Origin: Macrostomum lignano | Taxonomy: Eukaryota | Assembly (NCBI GenBank): GCA_002269645.1 | Contig: NIVC01001257.1 | Coordinates: 1-64,000 of the forward strand | DNA length: 64,000 bases | Direction of reading: 5' to 3' | Part shown: piece after piece, positions 12,351-25,271 of the stretch | How positions within the stretch are numbered: position 1 is the stretch's first letter | Layout: every line of letters begins with the position of its first letter | Notes under the pieces: model-generated | Told to the model about the DNA's origin: nothing | The model's database searches: none | What the model saw: the letters and a program-made list of their open reading frames with translations, nothing else | Translations under genes and position numbers: made by a program

Positions 12351-14352
12351 GAAAGCTTTTACGGGTGTTTAATAACAATTTGCAGTAGAAAAATCGACGT
12401 TTGTTAATATTAATTCGCTTGCATGTAATTTGAAAACAAAATTTACAGGAATGAGGGTTCCTGTGTTCAACGTTCAACAAAAGCTTCTAAGGCATATTTG
12501 TTATGCTACTGTGCATTGCTGTGCTGGCCTATGCACTAGACTAAACAAGTGAAGGCTTCGTGTACAAGATAAATGAAAGGAGCTTTTCTTAATTTCTTGT
12601 GCATTATTATGTGATTGCTTAAGTAATTTTGTTCTATAGTTTAAAGCCTGTCACGTGTGAGTTAATTAATAATACAGGCATTTGAAATATAAATATAGGT
12701 CTAATATGATGAGAAGTATCTTATAAGCTACTTTTATTCAATTATAAAAAGGCTTCAATTCAATTAAATTCTATTATTTTGCTATAGCCATATGTATGTA
12801 GGAAAGCCTATTGATTGAGCACTAAGCCTAGCTTATTGACTTGGTCTTAATGAATAGATTTAGCTAACTTACTAGATAAGAGCCTTAAAATTTTTGTTTT
12901 TTCTATCTACTTTATGTATACCATTAGGCCTGGACTAAATAACAAACTATAAAACTAAGCCTACAATATTTTAAAAAATACCTGATCCTTGACTTATTTT
13001 CCTTTCCTTAGTTCCCCTCTCCCCTAACCTTGGATTTCCTCCCTCTAACCCTAGCTTCTCTCCACCCTGACCCTGGCTTCCCTCCCCTGACCCTGGCTTA
13101 CCTCCCCAGACCCTGGCTTCCCTCCCCCTGACTCTAGCTTCTCTCCTTACTGACCCTGGCTTCCCTCCTCCCCTGACCCTGGCTTCCCTCCCCTGACCCT
13201 GGCTTCTCTCCCCCCTGACCCTGGCTTCCCTCCCCAGACCCTGGCTTCCCTCCCCCTGACTCTAGCTTCTCTCCTTACTGACCCTGGCTTCCCTCCTCCC
13301 CTGACCCTGGCTTCCCTCCCCTGACCCTGGCTTCTCTCCTCCCCTGACCCTGGCTTCCCTCCCCAGACCCTGGCTTCCCTCCTCCCCTGACCCTGGCTTC
13401 TCTCCCTTGGCTTCCCTCCCCTGACCCTGGCTACTCTCCTCCCCTGACCCTGGCTTCCCTCCTCCCCTGACCCTGGCTTCTCTCCCTTGGCTTCTCTCCC
13501 CCTGACCCTGGCTTCCCTCCCATGACCTTGGCTTCTCTCCCCTGACCCTGGCTTCTCTCCTCCCCTGACCCTGGCTTCCCTTCCCTGACCCTGGCTTCTC
13601 TCCCCCTGACCCTGGCTTCCCTCCCTTGACCCTGGCTTCTCTTCCCTGACCCTGGCTTCTCTCCCTTGACCCTGGCTTCTCTCCCCTGACCCTGGCTTTT
13701 TCCCCCTGACCCTTGCTTCCCTGCCCTGACCCTTGCTTCCCTGCCCTGACCCTGGCTTCTCTCCCCTGACCCTGGCTTCTCTCTGCCTGGCCCTAGCTTT
13801 TCTCCTTACTGACCCCTGGCTTCTCTCCCCCTTGACCCCTGGCTTCCCTCCCCTGACCCATAGCTCCCTCTCCTGACCCGTAACTTCTGTCCTGCTCTGC
13901 CCTCTTGCTCTGACGTCTGCTGTCTGCTCTACCTTGCTCCTTTGCCCCCTGCTCTGTCCTCTGGTTTTCTGCGTCCTGCTCTGCCCCCGCTGCTTTGCTC
14001 CCTGCTGTCTGCTCTACCCTGCTTCTCCGCCCTCTGCTAAAGTAGTCTCGTATTAGTACCAAGCAGCACAGCTTATTGAAAGCACATTCTTCCTTCAGAA
14101 AAAGCTACCGGTGAAGCCCAGCTGCTGTCCCATTGGCACCTTTGCTTTTGCCTCTGGTGCGATTGGCCTAGCAACAAACAAGCAGCTGTTCACCCACAAA
14201 AGTTATCCAAGCGCGAGCTTTCTAACTATTTGTACACACTGAGCTGAAATTAGTTTGTACGTGCCGCCACTATGAGTTCTGATACGCTGACATCTGGTGC
14301 AACCGTTACGGCCGGGTCTGCCGCTGGTTCCGCTTAAGCAGCCGCCTCAAAC
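12351..14352 (+). repeat. Left arm of a large inverted repeat (AT-rich segment + CCCTGACCCTGGCTTC minisatellite + GC-rich segment)
   Basis: 12351-12493, 12634-~13870, ~14025-14145 and 14311-14352 are reverse complements of segments in 19288-20911. Confidence 0.9.
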
Positions 14353-16639
14353 ATCGCTGCTGCAGCCGAAACTGAAGCTGGCTCCGCCAAAGCTATTTTT
14401 TAATTCTTTAATATATGTCGACAATTCTTTTAACATTTAGATCACCGAATTCTGTTAATACATGTTCAGATCTTGTAAAGCTCAACAGAAGCACCCATTT
14501 GTCATCGCCCTTTTCCAATATTGCTACTCGCATTACTCCCTGTGCAATGGGAGCCACACTCGACGTTTTTGGTGTCGTGTTTTTAGGTTGTTTATGGGTG
14601 GATTTTCCATTTGTAAAAGCATTTTTCGACTCAATGCAGTTTGTAACATCGGAGCTTTATATATTTTGCTGTAATTTCTGTGAGACATTTTTTCGAGACG
14701 ATACTGCTCTGTGACAGGGTGGTGTTCTACGTGTGCCATTTTAATTCAATCCTTGATCACAAAGCTCGGAGCAAGTGCCACTAGACTTCAGTGTCAGGCT
14801 TTCAGTTTAAGCAAATAATCCAAAATAATTTCGGCTGTACCATTGTGGACCAACAATGACCAACCCCTTATACTGTCAAAATCCTGTTGTTTTTACAGGT
14901 TCTTATATTTCTACAAGGAACTGACAGGTGTTTTTGTTGTTACCGCCAGTTAATTTTTTAAACTACTGCTCTTCATGAAGACGCGTGCAAAAAATACAGA
15001 TATAAACTTTCATGTTACATACAGTTATGACCAGGAGCTTTCCGATTTTAGTTGGTCATATAATTTTGTCGAATTGGTTTTGTGTTTCTGGAGTATTTCT
15101 TAAATAGCATGCGCTCCGCAAAATTTTGTTGATTTAGCTTTACACTCCAGAAGTAAAATTTTCTCAGTGAACTCACATTTTATTTCGCTCTTAGTGGTGC
15201 AGCTTAAGCATGTTTCGAATGCTCCCAGCAAGCTGCCGAGAGTTCCTGCACTCGCAAGAAAGGACGCTGCCTTGGTGTAGGGCGCTGAAGTGAACTAAAG
15301 TGCGCTCGATCGTCAGCGGTGCACATTTGCTGCAAGGGCATTCAGTTTTGTGCTGAGCGGTGACGTACGCTTTTTTGAGGGTCTGCAGTCCAGGCGGCGT
15401 CATGAAGGAGGGAGTGGGGGCTCCTGCTTCTGAGAAGCCCTCAGAGTACTCTGGAGTGAGAGTTCTGCTTCTCACATTCGATGTAGTTGAATAGTCCCCG
15501 TATGCTAGAATATGCACTGTGCCCTTTGACAACCATTGTTATATAAGGTCTTGGTTGCAAGCTTGGTGCTCCTGAATAGACCATGAAATGTCTGTTAATG
15601 GTGTCTTGGTAAAAGTGCTCAAGAGAGAAATCTTCATGCGATTCTGATGAGCGCTCACCCTGGTGGGCCATGGGTATTCCGGCTATAGTGGTTGCATGGA
15701 GCAAACCTGAGGCAGGGGTCTAGCAAGGAAGACTCACTTATTGTGTATTAAAAATTTACGCATATTCATACATGTAGGGTCGAATTGGGCTTCAGCAACG
15801 CAGGGGAAGCGGCAAAATAAGGGCGGGGGCTCGCAGCTCGCAGCAGTCTACTGATTCAGTCGGACTGCTAGTCTGGGGAGCTGTCAAAACAGCCGATGCG
15901 CGGTGAACCAGCTGCCGATGCTGCTTCAGTCGCCTACCAACCTGTTCGCTCTGCCAGGAGCGAACTACAAATTAAGTTTTTTTCGCTCGACTAAGTCATG
16001 TGACGTAACCCGGGGGCTGCCTGAGAATACCTGTGTAAACCTCTGGGCTCTAGCACTGAAAATTACCAGCCGTCATGCAGGCCTCGCATAAAACTTTTCC
16101 ACCTCTGGATGCTGTTTCGTAGCTGACGTTGCGTTCAAGATCCAATTATCTAGACAGCGCGGGCCCGGGTTGTTTGTTTGCCTCAGGGCGTGGCCGCCTC
16201 TGCAGTCACCTGTGCAGGAGTACACCCGAAAAACTCCCACACTACTAGAAATGGCACGTACATGTACATGTAACACTCTAATGGACTCTATGCGAGGATG
16301 TATACAACAAGGGACGGTTTACTTGTAGCCAGTGCTGGAAATGAGGAATGTAATGACTTTTGCATAAGGGGGATCTTTAGTTGGTGGGCGACTCTATAGG
16401 AAATGAAGGGGTTCCCGGCGGGGACCGGTGCATGGTTCGGCCTCGCGGGAAAACAAACAATAATAAAACAAAGCAACACGCGTTCAAAAACGGGTTCCTT
16501 TTTATAATTCTCCGAGACACGCGATCACGTGAGCGTGTGATGTGTGACATTGAAGGCCGTGACCTGTCCTCGACCTCCGGTACCAAGCAATCCTGTTGAG
16601 CCCCGGGTGAACTTATCGCAGGTTCCTGCATGGTATGTG

Positions 16640-16900
16640 ATGAAATAAGGCGAAGGCGACCTACATGTATGGTAAGAATTCAACGAGTGGGCTGGCGTGT
16701 ATCCCCGCGCCGGCCTGATCCGTCCAAGCGACCTGTTGCGCCGTCGGCGACTCCAGCTGACAGGCCACATCATCCGCGCCAAATCGTACTGGCCAAAGCC
16801 GGTGCAGGAGGTGCTGCTGCTGACGCTGCAGGCACCGGCCCTACCGGCGGGGACAGGCGCGCACTCGGCGTTTCGACTCGACTAGCTGCCTGCTGGCTGA
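16640..16900 (+). mobile_element. 3' fragment of an RTE-like non-LTR retrotransposon ORF
   Basis: Translates RPSDLLRRRRLQLTGHIIR..EVLLLTLQAP, then a shifted RRGQART-like segment, typical of the RTE-clade C-terminus. Confidence 0.55.
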
Positions 16901-18602
16901 TGCTGGCGCCCCGGAGCCGGCGGCGTGGCGTTCATTCGCGACCTGGCCTTGAGGCGCGCCGTGTGACGCTGACTGCGTATTCTGTTGTTGTTGTTCTGGT
17001 ACGTGGCGGCTATGCCTTTTGGCGTGTACCTATAAAAAACCCGGATCAGCCGCTAGTTTTGTTCAGGGGAGCTTGACCACTAATCAAGCATACACTATCA
17101 ACAGCCGAGAGTGTTCAGCTAAATTACAGTAGGATGCATACTATATAGAGAGCGAGTTCTAGGGAGTCTTCACTGGAATCAATGTGTAATCGCTTGTACT
17201 TCTTCGTACGTACGTATGGTCAAGTCACTTGGCTATTATTCTGTTACATGTAATTTCTAGCTCATGTAACTGTTTATATGATGCATGGGATGTACGTATA
17301 TGATACATGCGTCGATCACAGTTTGTGAGTTCCACAAGTCATAAATAATGTTACCAATATGGCATGATAAACATGGCCATGTACATGTATGCACCTTATT
17401 GTAGGTAGAAACTGTTCAGGTATATTCTATTGTATGTCAATACATTTTGCACTTACATGTATAGTCGGAGTTCACGTCCTGGAAAGCAATTACTCGTAGC
17501 ACACGTGCATGAAGCTGTGATTCTTATTTTAAAGAAGATTCTTAACCAAATTTCTTAACAGTCCAGAGGTGCAGGCACTAAATTCAGGGAACTGCAGGAG
17601 TCACATGGGGACGTCCGTTCTGTCTTCCGTGTAATTCTACATGTACGTATTAATATAAGAAATTCCATTGAAGCCATTCAGAATCGCTTCCGTACTTTAT
17701 TGGTGCCTCCCAAGTGCTAATGAACCCTCCTCGCTACGCCCCAACATTGGCACCTACACAGAACACACTAACACCTAATCTCATCTTTTAATGAGTTGCA
17801 TAGCGCTATGCGTGATGAAGTACTGTACGAGTAACGCAAGTTACTATCGATAATAATCTCGAAATTCTATCCATTTTCTAACAGCCCGAAATACATGAAC
17901 TCGATCCAATATATCGACGAGCTACAGTGTATAGTGCATGTATATCGATTTATACCACTTTCTAGAATGTATCTATTGTACACCACACAACTCAGCACCC
18001 ACCACACCACCTTACTCAATGCAGGTACATTATATCGCAGAAGTCACATAAGCGCTGGAAGAAATATTTATTTAATTGTTTGAAATCGACAGTAACTCGT
18101 TACATGCAGCCAGCATGTACGTATGTACAAGAGTACATACGTAATTGTATGTGGCGCTTTCATCACTAAGGCTTTTTAGCATGTCCTAGTTTTTTAACAA
18201 ACGAACTAAAACAAGTTTATTAGAGCATACTTAAGGTCTTAAAAATAGCGTTACACAGCTATATTCCCCTAGTACAGGAAGTTCCCAAAGCACTTCTCTG
18301 GCTAGAGTTGGCGCCAGAGGAACTGGCTCCTCTGGAGCGGAGGAGGTCGTTCTTTTTTAAAAAATGGCACAATTCAGGTACACTAAATGGCACACTATAA
18401 TAAAAAACGAGAAAAGAACACGGACAATTCGATTTAACAATTCCACAAGACTTAGCAACAGCCGCAAAAACGAACGTACCACGACGTGAACACCTACAAG
18501 TCAACTTATGATTTTTTGACCAAAATATAAAATATGCAGAAGGTACAAGTGGTCAGTTCAGCCACACTGTTAGAGCGCTACGACAGTCCTTTGGTCAAAC
18601 CT

Positions 18603-18915
18603 CTCAGCTCTCAACTTCCGCCACCTTCCCGCTCTCAGCTCCCGACACCTTCCCGCTCTCAGCTCCCGCCACCTTCCCGCTCTCAGCTCCCGCCATCTTC
18701 CTGCTCTCAGCTCCCGACACCTTCCCGCTCTCAGCTCCCGCCACCTTCCCGCTCTCAGCTCCCGCCACCTTCCCGCTCTCAGCTCCCGCCACCTTCCCGC
18801 TCTCAGCTCCCGCCACCTTCCCGCTCTCAGCTCCCGCCACCTTCCCGCTCTCAGCTCCCGCCACCTTCCCGCTCTCAGCTCCCGCCACCTTCCCGCTCTC
18901 AGCTCCCGCCATCTT
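18603..18915. repeat. Minisatellite, 24-bp unit (ccgccaccttcccgctctcagctc), ~13 copies
   Basis: Direct inspection; produces spurious SQLPPPSR / AESGKVAG ORFs. Confidence 0.95.
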
Positions 18916-19287
18916 ACGGCTCTCCTCGCCTCTGCCAAAATTAGATATGGCTTGTCAATGCATGGCTTTTGTGTTATGGCTATTGGTGACTTGTGAAACC
19001 TCACTAACGGTGATCGGAAGTACTAATGCATGTATATGTGCATGCATAGAGTACATGAGCAAGAAACTAACAAGTTATGGATAAAAGTAGAGCAAGGGTA
19101 AAAGGTACAGATAAACAAAGTTAAAAATTGACTGTAAATAAAGCTAACATGAACTGTCAATGATACGAATTTCCATTTGCTGACAGCTCAAAACAAAATC
19201 CTTTCAACGACAGTTCCATTCTGAGCTAACTTTGATACGATGACCGCATTGCTGAAGGTTATGGTACGCTTTGCACCGACTGTAGCG

Positions 19288-20911
19288 TTGTTCGAGGCGG
19301 CTGCTTAAGCAGAACCAGCGGCAGTCCCGGCCGCAGCAGCGTTGTTCGAGGCGGAGACCAAAGCAAAGGTGCCAATGGTACAGCAGCTGGGCTTCACCGG
19401 TAGCTTTTTCTGAAGGAAGAATGTGCTTTCAATAAGCTGTGCTGCTTGGTACTAATACGAGACTACTTTAGCAGAGGGCGGAGAAAGCCATGGGTCAGGA
19501 GAGGGAAGCCAGGGGTCAAGGGGGAGAGAAGCCAGGGTCAGGGGGAGAGAAGCTAGGGTCAGGGGAGGGAAGCCAGGGTCAGGGGAGAGAAGCCAGGGTC
19601 AGGGGAGGAGAGAAGCCAAGGTCAAGGGAGGGAAGCCAGGGTCAGGGGGAGAGAAGCCAAGGGAGAGAAGCCAGGGTCAGGGGAGGAGGGAAGCCAGGGT
19701 CAGGGGAGGGAAGCCAGGGTCAGGGGAGGGAAGCCAGGGTCAGTAAGGAGAGAAGCTAGAGTCAGGGGGAGGGAAGCCAGGGTCTGGGGAGGGAAGCCAG
19801 GGTCAGGGGAGGAGAGAAGCCAAAGTCAAGGGAGGGAAGCCAGGGTCTGGGGGAGAGAAGCCAAGATCAAGGGAGAGAAGCTAGAGTCAGGGGGAGGGAA
19901 GCCAGGGTCTGGGGAGGTAAGCCAGGGTCAGGGGAGGAGAGAAGCCAGGGTCAGGGGAGAGAAGCCAAGGTCAAGGGAGGGAAGCCAGTGTCAGGGGGAG
20001 AGAAGCCAGGGTCAGGGGAGGAGGGAAGCCAGGGTCTGGGGAGGGAAGCCAGGGTCAGGGGAGGAGAGAAGCCAGGTCAGGGGAGGGAAGCCAGGGTCAG
20101 GGGAGGAGGGAAGCCAGGGTCAGTAAGGAGAGAAGCTAGAGTCAGGGGGAGGGAAGCCAGGGTCTGGGGAGGGAAGCCAGGGTCAGGGGGGAGAAAAGCC
20201 AGGGTCAGGGGAGGGAAGCCAGGGTCAGGGGAGGAGGGAAGCCAGGGTCAGTAAGGAGAGAAGCTAGAGTCAGGGGGAGGGAAGCCAGGGTCTGGGGAGG
20301 TAAGCCAGGGTCAGGGGAGGGAAGCCAGGGTCAGGGGGAGAGAAGCTAGGGTTAGAGGGAGGAAATCCAAGGTTAGGGGAGAGGGGAACTAAGAAAGGAA
20401 AATAAGTCAAGGATCAGGTATTTTATAAAATATTGTAGGCTTAGTTTTATAGTTTGTTATTTAGTCCAGGCCTAATGGTATACATAAAGTAGATAGAAAA
20501 AACAAAAATTTTAAGGCTCTTATCTAGTAAGTTAGCTAAATCTATTCATTAAGACCAAGTCAATAAGCTAGGCTTAGTGCTCAATCAATAGGCTTTCCTA
20601 CATACATATGGCTATAGCAAAATAATAGAATTTAATTGAATTGAAGCCTTTTTATAATTGAATAAAAGTAGCTTATAAGATACTTCTCATCATATTAGAC
20701 CTGTATTTATATTTCAAATGCCTGTATTATTAATTAACTCACACGTGACAGGCTTTAAACTATAGGCAGCCTTAGAAGCTTTTGTTGAACGTTGAACACA
20801 GGAACCCTCATTCCTGTAAATTTTGTTTTCAAATTACATGCAAGCGAATTAATATTAACAAACGTCGATTTTTCTACTGCAAATTGTTATTAAACACCCG
20901 TAAAAGCTTTC
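19288..20911 (-). repeat. Right arm of the large inverted repeat (G-rich GAAGCCAGGGTCAGGGG minisatellite ~19480-20390)
   Basis: Reverse complement of 12351-14352 with indels, e.g. 12494-12633 is absent from this arm. Confidence 0.9.
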
Positions 20912-21267
20912 AATTGATACACTCCCATTTGATTGTATGGGAGCGCGCTTTGGGCCCGTCTAGCCGGGAGAAGCGAGAGCTCGAGAGCGCGCTTTCCTGC
21001 CGGTTAGCCCGATGATTTTGAAAGCTTTTGGCCCGGCTAGCCATTTGTCGTCGGGTGCCGGCACAGTCTCTGACTTGTATCAGTCGGGTAGGTAGGACTC
21101 AGTCAGTGAGTGCATGTTCAGTCAGAGTAGGGCAGATGCAGTAGACTCGTAACCAAGCATTCATGCAGAATACACGCAGCTTTACAGAAACTTACAAATT
21201 TCTTAGAAAACAATTAAACGTGCGAAAGTAAAAGACGGCCGGGGCTGTTGCCCCTGCACAAAATGGC

Positions 21268-21460
21268 GTGGTGACTATCTGTGCCATCGTTATCATCGTT
21301 GACTTCCTGGAGAGGGCCGTTCATGACAGCGGCTTTTCCCTCTTGCTTTTCCTGGACATTGAGGGGGCCTTCGACAAGTTACATGTAAGTTCATTTTCGA
21401 GGCCTTTTGCAGAGCCCTGGAATCCAGATCCACACACCCTCACGTTGTCCGGTTGATCAT
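21268..21460 (+). mobile_element. Non-LTR RT fragment related to the LOA-like element
   Basis: VDFLERAVHDSGFSLLLFLDIEGAFD versus VDKLEKAVLGNGFALGIFLDIIGAFD in 3458-4393. Confidence 0.65.
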
Positions 21461-21495
21461 TTTTATGATCCGGAACCGCACTGTCGTGGTCGACA

Positions 21496-23410
21496 GTGCG
21501 GTTTAATGTTTATCTGCCACTGCCTGGTCTTCCCAGAGCGATGAATAGTGCGCCGGCTGCTTTTCAAAAGATGCTTTCAAAGGTGCCGGGGATAAAATCT
21601 AGGGGCGTCGTGCATTATATCCATGACACGTGGTCCACTCAGCATCCAGAAGTGAGCACGAGAGGGAAGGCTGTCTGGCAGTCCTAGAGTGTCTCAAGAA
21701 GCCCAGCATCACGCTAAACCTAGAGAAATGCCAGTGGTGCTATAGAGACCGCGTGGAGTTCCTTGGCTAAGTTCTCAGCAGTGAGGGCCTCCGGCCAATC
21801 ACATCCAACGTGGATGTCCACAAAAATCAAGAATCCAAAGTGCCAGAAGTTCGCCTCGTTTCTCGGCATGGTGAAGTTCTATGGCCACTTCTTGGACAAC
21901 CTGTCGACAGTGGCGGAGTCTTTACTTCAGCTACTGCGAAAAGACGCGCCATGGCAATGGACGACGAAGCAGCAACATTAAGCAGTTGAGGCTCGTCCCA
22001 GATTTCTGTCCCAATGCCCGACCGAAGAAGCTGAAACCGAAGACAACAGCGTTTGCGGCGATCAGGCTTTCAATGTGATCCTCCCGTCTGGAGCACTCAA
22101 CCGGTGTCCGACGAAAAGTTAGCTGCGGCAACCCGGAAAGATACCGTTCTGCGGCAGGCGATGCAGATGACTCAGTGGCTGGCCAGAATTAAGCAAGCAG
22201 CTGGAAGCGGAGCTGCTACCTTTCTGAAAGGTCCGTGGATAGTTATCAATGTGGAACAACAAAGCTGGCAGTCATTCCGCCGGCGCTGCAGGAGACAGTG
22301 CTGAACCTGGCTCACTTCGGTTACCTCGGCATCAGTCGAACAAAGTAGCACTGTGGAGAAGCTGTCTAGTGGCCGAACTTCGATCGAGACGTCGAGGCCT
22401 TCATTAAGAATTGCGAGCCTTGCGCCGTGAGTGAGAAATCATTCAAGCCTCCAAGTGAAGTGATCCTAATCTAAAACTTTTTACCGAAATGCCATTTTTT
22501 AGTCTATGGTAAACTTCAGGTTTTCTGTCAGGAAAGTACAGCACGTGCTTGTGCGGCAGTAGAGATCCTATTGAGTGAAGCGAACACCAATGAAATGTGT
22601 TATAGAAATCCTGACATATACTTGTGTTCAGTGAGAATGAAGCTCCCGCTCCCGCTGCTCCTCTACTCTTGCTCCGCCCTCCATCCAGAGTTATCATCCA
22701 ACAATCAAGCCCAGACCCTAATGTCCCGATCCAACGAAGAGACAAATCTGGACACACGTCAAGATATCGAAGTACTCTCGTACAAAAGTATCGATAAGAG
22801 CCTGTGGCTCTCATTCCACTGAATTGCGGAATACACTTTCGTGTTTAATTACCCTATTTGAACTTGCAACATTAGGAATTAGAAATAAACATCCATGTTG
22901 AGGGTTAAAGATCGAAAGAAAGTATCGAACCTACGACTTATTTAATTGATTAGAAGCATAGACGATCGGAGACATCGTCAAAGAGAGAGACGGAAGAACG
23001 AGAGAGAAAACATAAAAAAATTGACAAGAGTGCTGCCGTGGAGTGAGGTGCAAATCGACATCATCGGAGAGTTGACGGCTCCGGCGACGCAAACCTGTCG
23101 GTTTGTCACGGCAGTTCTCGATTTGCACTCCAAGTAGCCAGAGTTCACTTGTCTGCCATCTGTGACGTCATCGCAAGTTATCAGCGTCCTTAAATCGCTC
23201 TTGCCATGTGATGGGGACTTCCGAAGGTCATCAATACGGACGGTGGGCCTCAGTTCACGTCGGCCTAGTTCGAGGAGTTCCTCATCAGCCAAGGCATCGA
23301 GCACCGCAGGTCGCCAGCCTATTACATGTATCCCCAGGGGAATTCCAGCGTTGAGCGTCTCAACAGGTTCCTGAAGGAGGGACTGAAGAGCCACTTGGCA
23401 GCGGCCGCTG
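21496..23410 (+). mobile_element. Degenerate Ty3/gypsy pol (RT-connection-integrase), interrupted ~22460-22970
   Basis: SAPAAFQK..VVHYIHD; LEKCQW..VEFLG; SFLGMVKFYGHFLDNLSTVAE..LLRKDAPWQW; HHCC zinc finger (LAHFGYLGISRTK..WP..DVEAFIKNCEPC, 22300-22440); WSEVQIDIIG; DGGPQFTS..GIEHRRSP..PQGNSSVERLNR. Many stops and frameshifts. Confidence 0.8.
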
Positions 23411-23529
23411 CAGGTTTTGCAAAGTATTGTATAAACAGTGTTTCGAGCATATTTTCTCGCAGATTCTGTAGATCATTTTTGTAGACTTCGAGCCTGGAAA
23501 GACTTGGCCCCATTGGCCGTGTTCTCAGG

Positions 23530-24088
23530 TCCATGCAGAAATGGAAAGACTGCACCAACTCGGTGTCATTGAGCCGATTAATGGCCCTGTCGAGAACTCG
23601 TCTCGACAGGGCCATTTGCTGCACGTCAATGCAAAAATCAAGAGTGACTCCTACCCAATTCCTAAGACCGAATTAATGTTCTCCAAGCTGAAGAACGCAA
23701 AGAAGTTCGCTACCATCGACCTTTGCTCAGCCTATTGGCAGATAGAGCTTGATGAAGCTGCTCAAGAACTCTCAACGATTAATACGCTCGTACTTCACGT
23801 GGTTTATACATGAAGGTCAAAAGGCTTCAAATAGGCATGAAGAATGCCTAATTTATATTTCAGCGCACTATGGAGAACATTCTATCCGACATCGAGAGTC
23901 TTCTAATCTATCAGGATGACATCCTCGTCTTCGCCGAGAATGCTGCTGCATTGGAAAAGCGACTGGCTGCAGTCAAAACGCGATTGTGAGAAAAACGGGT
24001 GACAATCAATGAAGCTAAATGTATAGACTATTGCGACGTCATCTCCTTCTTGGGGTTCTAGATCTCCGCTGTGGGCATCCAGCCCGGA
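23530..24088 (+). mobile_element. Second Ty3/gypsy RT fragment, truncated at the junction with the Crypton-like ORF
   Basis: LHQLGVIEP..VNAKIKSDSYPIP..FATIDLCSAYWQIELDE..IFQRTMENIL..IYQDDILVF..SFLGF.ISAVGIQP. Confidence 0.85.
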
Positions 24089-25014
24089 CGCTTGGTCATA
24101 TAGTCCTCAAATAGCCGGACATGGCACCTGCCAGGATCAGTGGATTCGAAGTGCACTACTTCCTTCGGCTTCACTCGAATTGCGAGGCCTCCATTGTTGG
24201 TCTTGGAATGTACTTCTCTGTACACCAGGCACTTCTTGCCGCTTCGAATCTCAACTGACAACTGATCAGTAGTAAGACCAGCGTGTTCTTCACCACATCG
24301 AAGGGCAAAATGGAGCCTATTTAAATAAAAGAGAGTTCTCAGCAACTTCTTCTGTGTGTCATCACCGAGCACGGTATCCCACAGCTTCTCCTCATCAGTC
24401 GTACTGATCACACCAGCGGATTTTGTTTGCAATCCTCTTCCCTCTCGCGTAGCGATCTTCATCGCAGCGTCTAGACTCTCTGTGATGAGCCGGAACTCAT
24501 TTCCTCGAAAGAAGTCGACGTGTCGCACGTCCGAGACAGTCTGCTGCAATCCACCGATCAACGATACGAGTGTACCGGCAGGATATTTTGAGCCGTCCGT
24601 ACGAGTGACTTCGTGTATGAACCTTGGCAGCAGACAATTGAGATCGGAGTCGTTCATGTCTTGCAGAGACACAGTGCATTCGATGCCAGACTCTTGAAGC
24701 CATCGGTTGAACGCTTTAACGGCCCACTTGTTGCGTTTTATGAGTAGAGTGTTTTGAGCCTTCGTGCTCCGATTGAGATTGCGAATTTTATCCAATGCTG
24801 CCTCAGAATTGCCACGGACTTCTCGAAGTTGCTGGAGAGCATACGGGTCCCGGCAATCCAACCCTTCACGTAGTATTTCTTCCAAATCTACTGCCGAAAG
24901 GCGATTAGGATCGTAGTCTCCAACGAAGTCGGCGCTAAGTCCACCAGTGGGTTTAAAATGACAGAATCTGGCTCCATCTAAACACTGCTCAGAAGTCGGG
25001 CGAGTCGGGCGAGA
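24058..25014 (-). mobile_element. DUF3504 / CryptonA-type tyrosine recombinase gene fragment (C-terminally truncated)
   Basis: KWAVKAFNRWL..LNCLLPRFIHEVTRTDGSKYPAGTL..EFRLITESLDAAMK..ISTTDEEKLW..LLRTLFYLN.LHFALRCGEEH..LVYREVHSKTNNGGL..RCHVRLFEDYMTKRP matches the DUF3504 (ZMYM2-4/QRICH1/Crypton) pattern. The frame stays open upstream to an acceptor-like ttctttctaacag at ~25015. Sequence after KRP is gypsy-derived. Confidence 0.82.
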
Positions 25015-25163
25015 GCTGTTAGAAAGAATAAATAATTGCCCGGATCAGACCTCTGTGCTGCTAGTCTTATACAGGCTGGTATTACGTAGACTCGCAGCCA
25101 TAGACAAAATTAGCGAAGGAAGCAAGGAAGGAAGGAATAAAACATTTCAGGGATTTTTTCCAA

Positions 25164-25271
25164 TAAATCCCGGAAATGAAAGTAGTATAAGATAGACATA
25201 TCGTGTTTTTTTATGGTCGGTATTTCCCGGGATTTAAACACATACCGACCTAAAAACCATGATATATCTAT
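25164..25271. repeat. Interleaved imperfect inverted repeats (A-B-A'-B')
   Basis: A taaatcccggaaat 25164-25177 pairs with A' atttcccgggattta 25222-25236. B atagacatatcgtgttttttatggtcggtat 25192-25223 pairs with B' ataccgacctaaaaaccatgatatatctat 25242-25271. Confidence 0.8.

Noticed and set aside
14400-15190. Possible P/THAP-type transposase remnant inside the inverted repeat (..ITAKYIKLRC..)
   Set aside because: Many stops in every frame and only a vague motif; it needs TBLASTN before it can be claimed.
18534-19004. Long ORFs across tandem arrays (also 31278-32155, 32376-32694, 35131-36014, 39405-40208, 41498-42005, 61796-62516, 63380-63988)
   Set aside because: These are translations of stop-free minisatellite units, several of them intronic, with no independent sign of coding.
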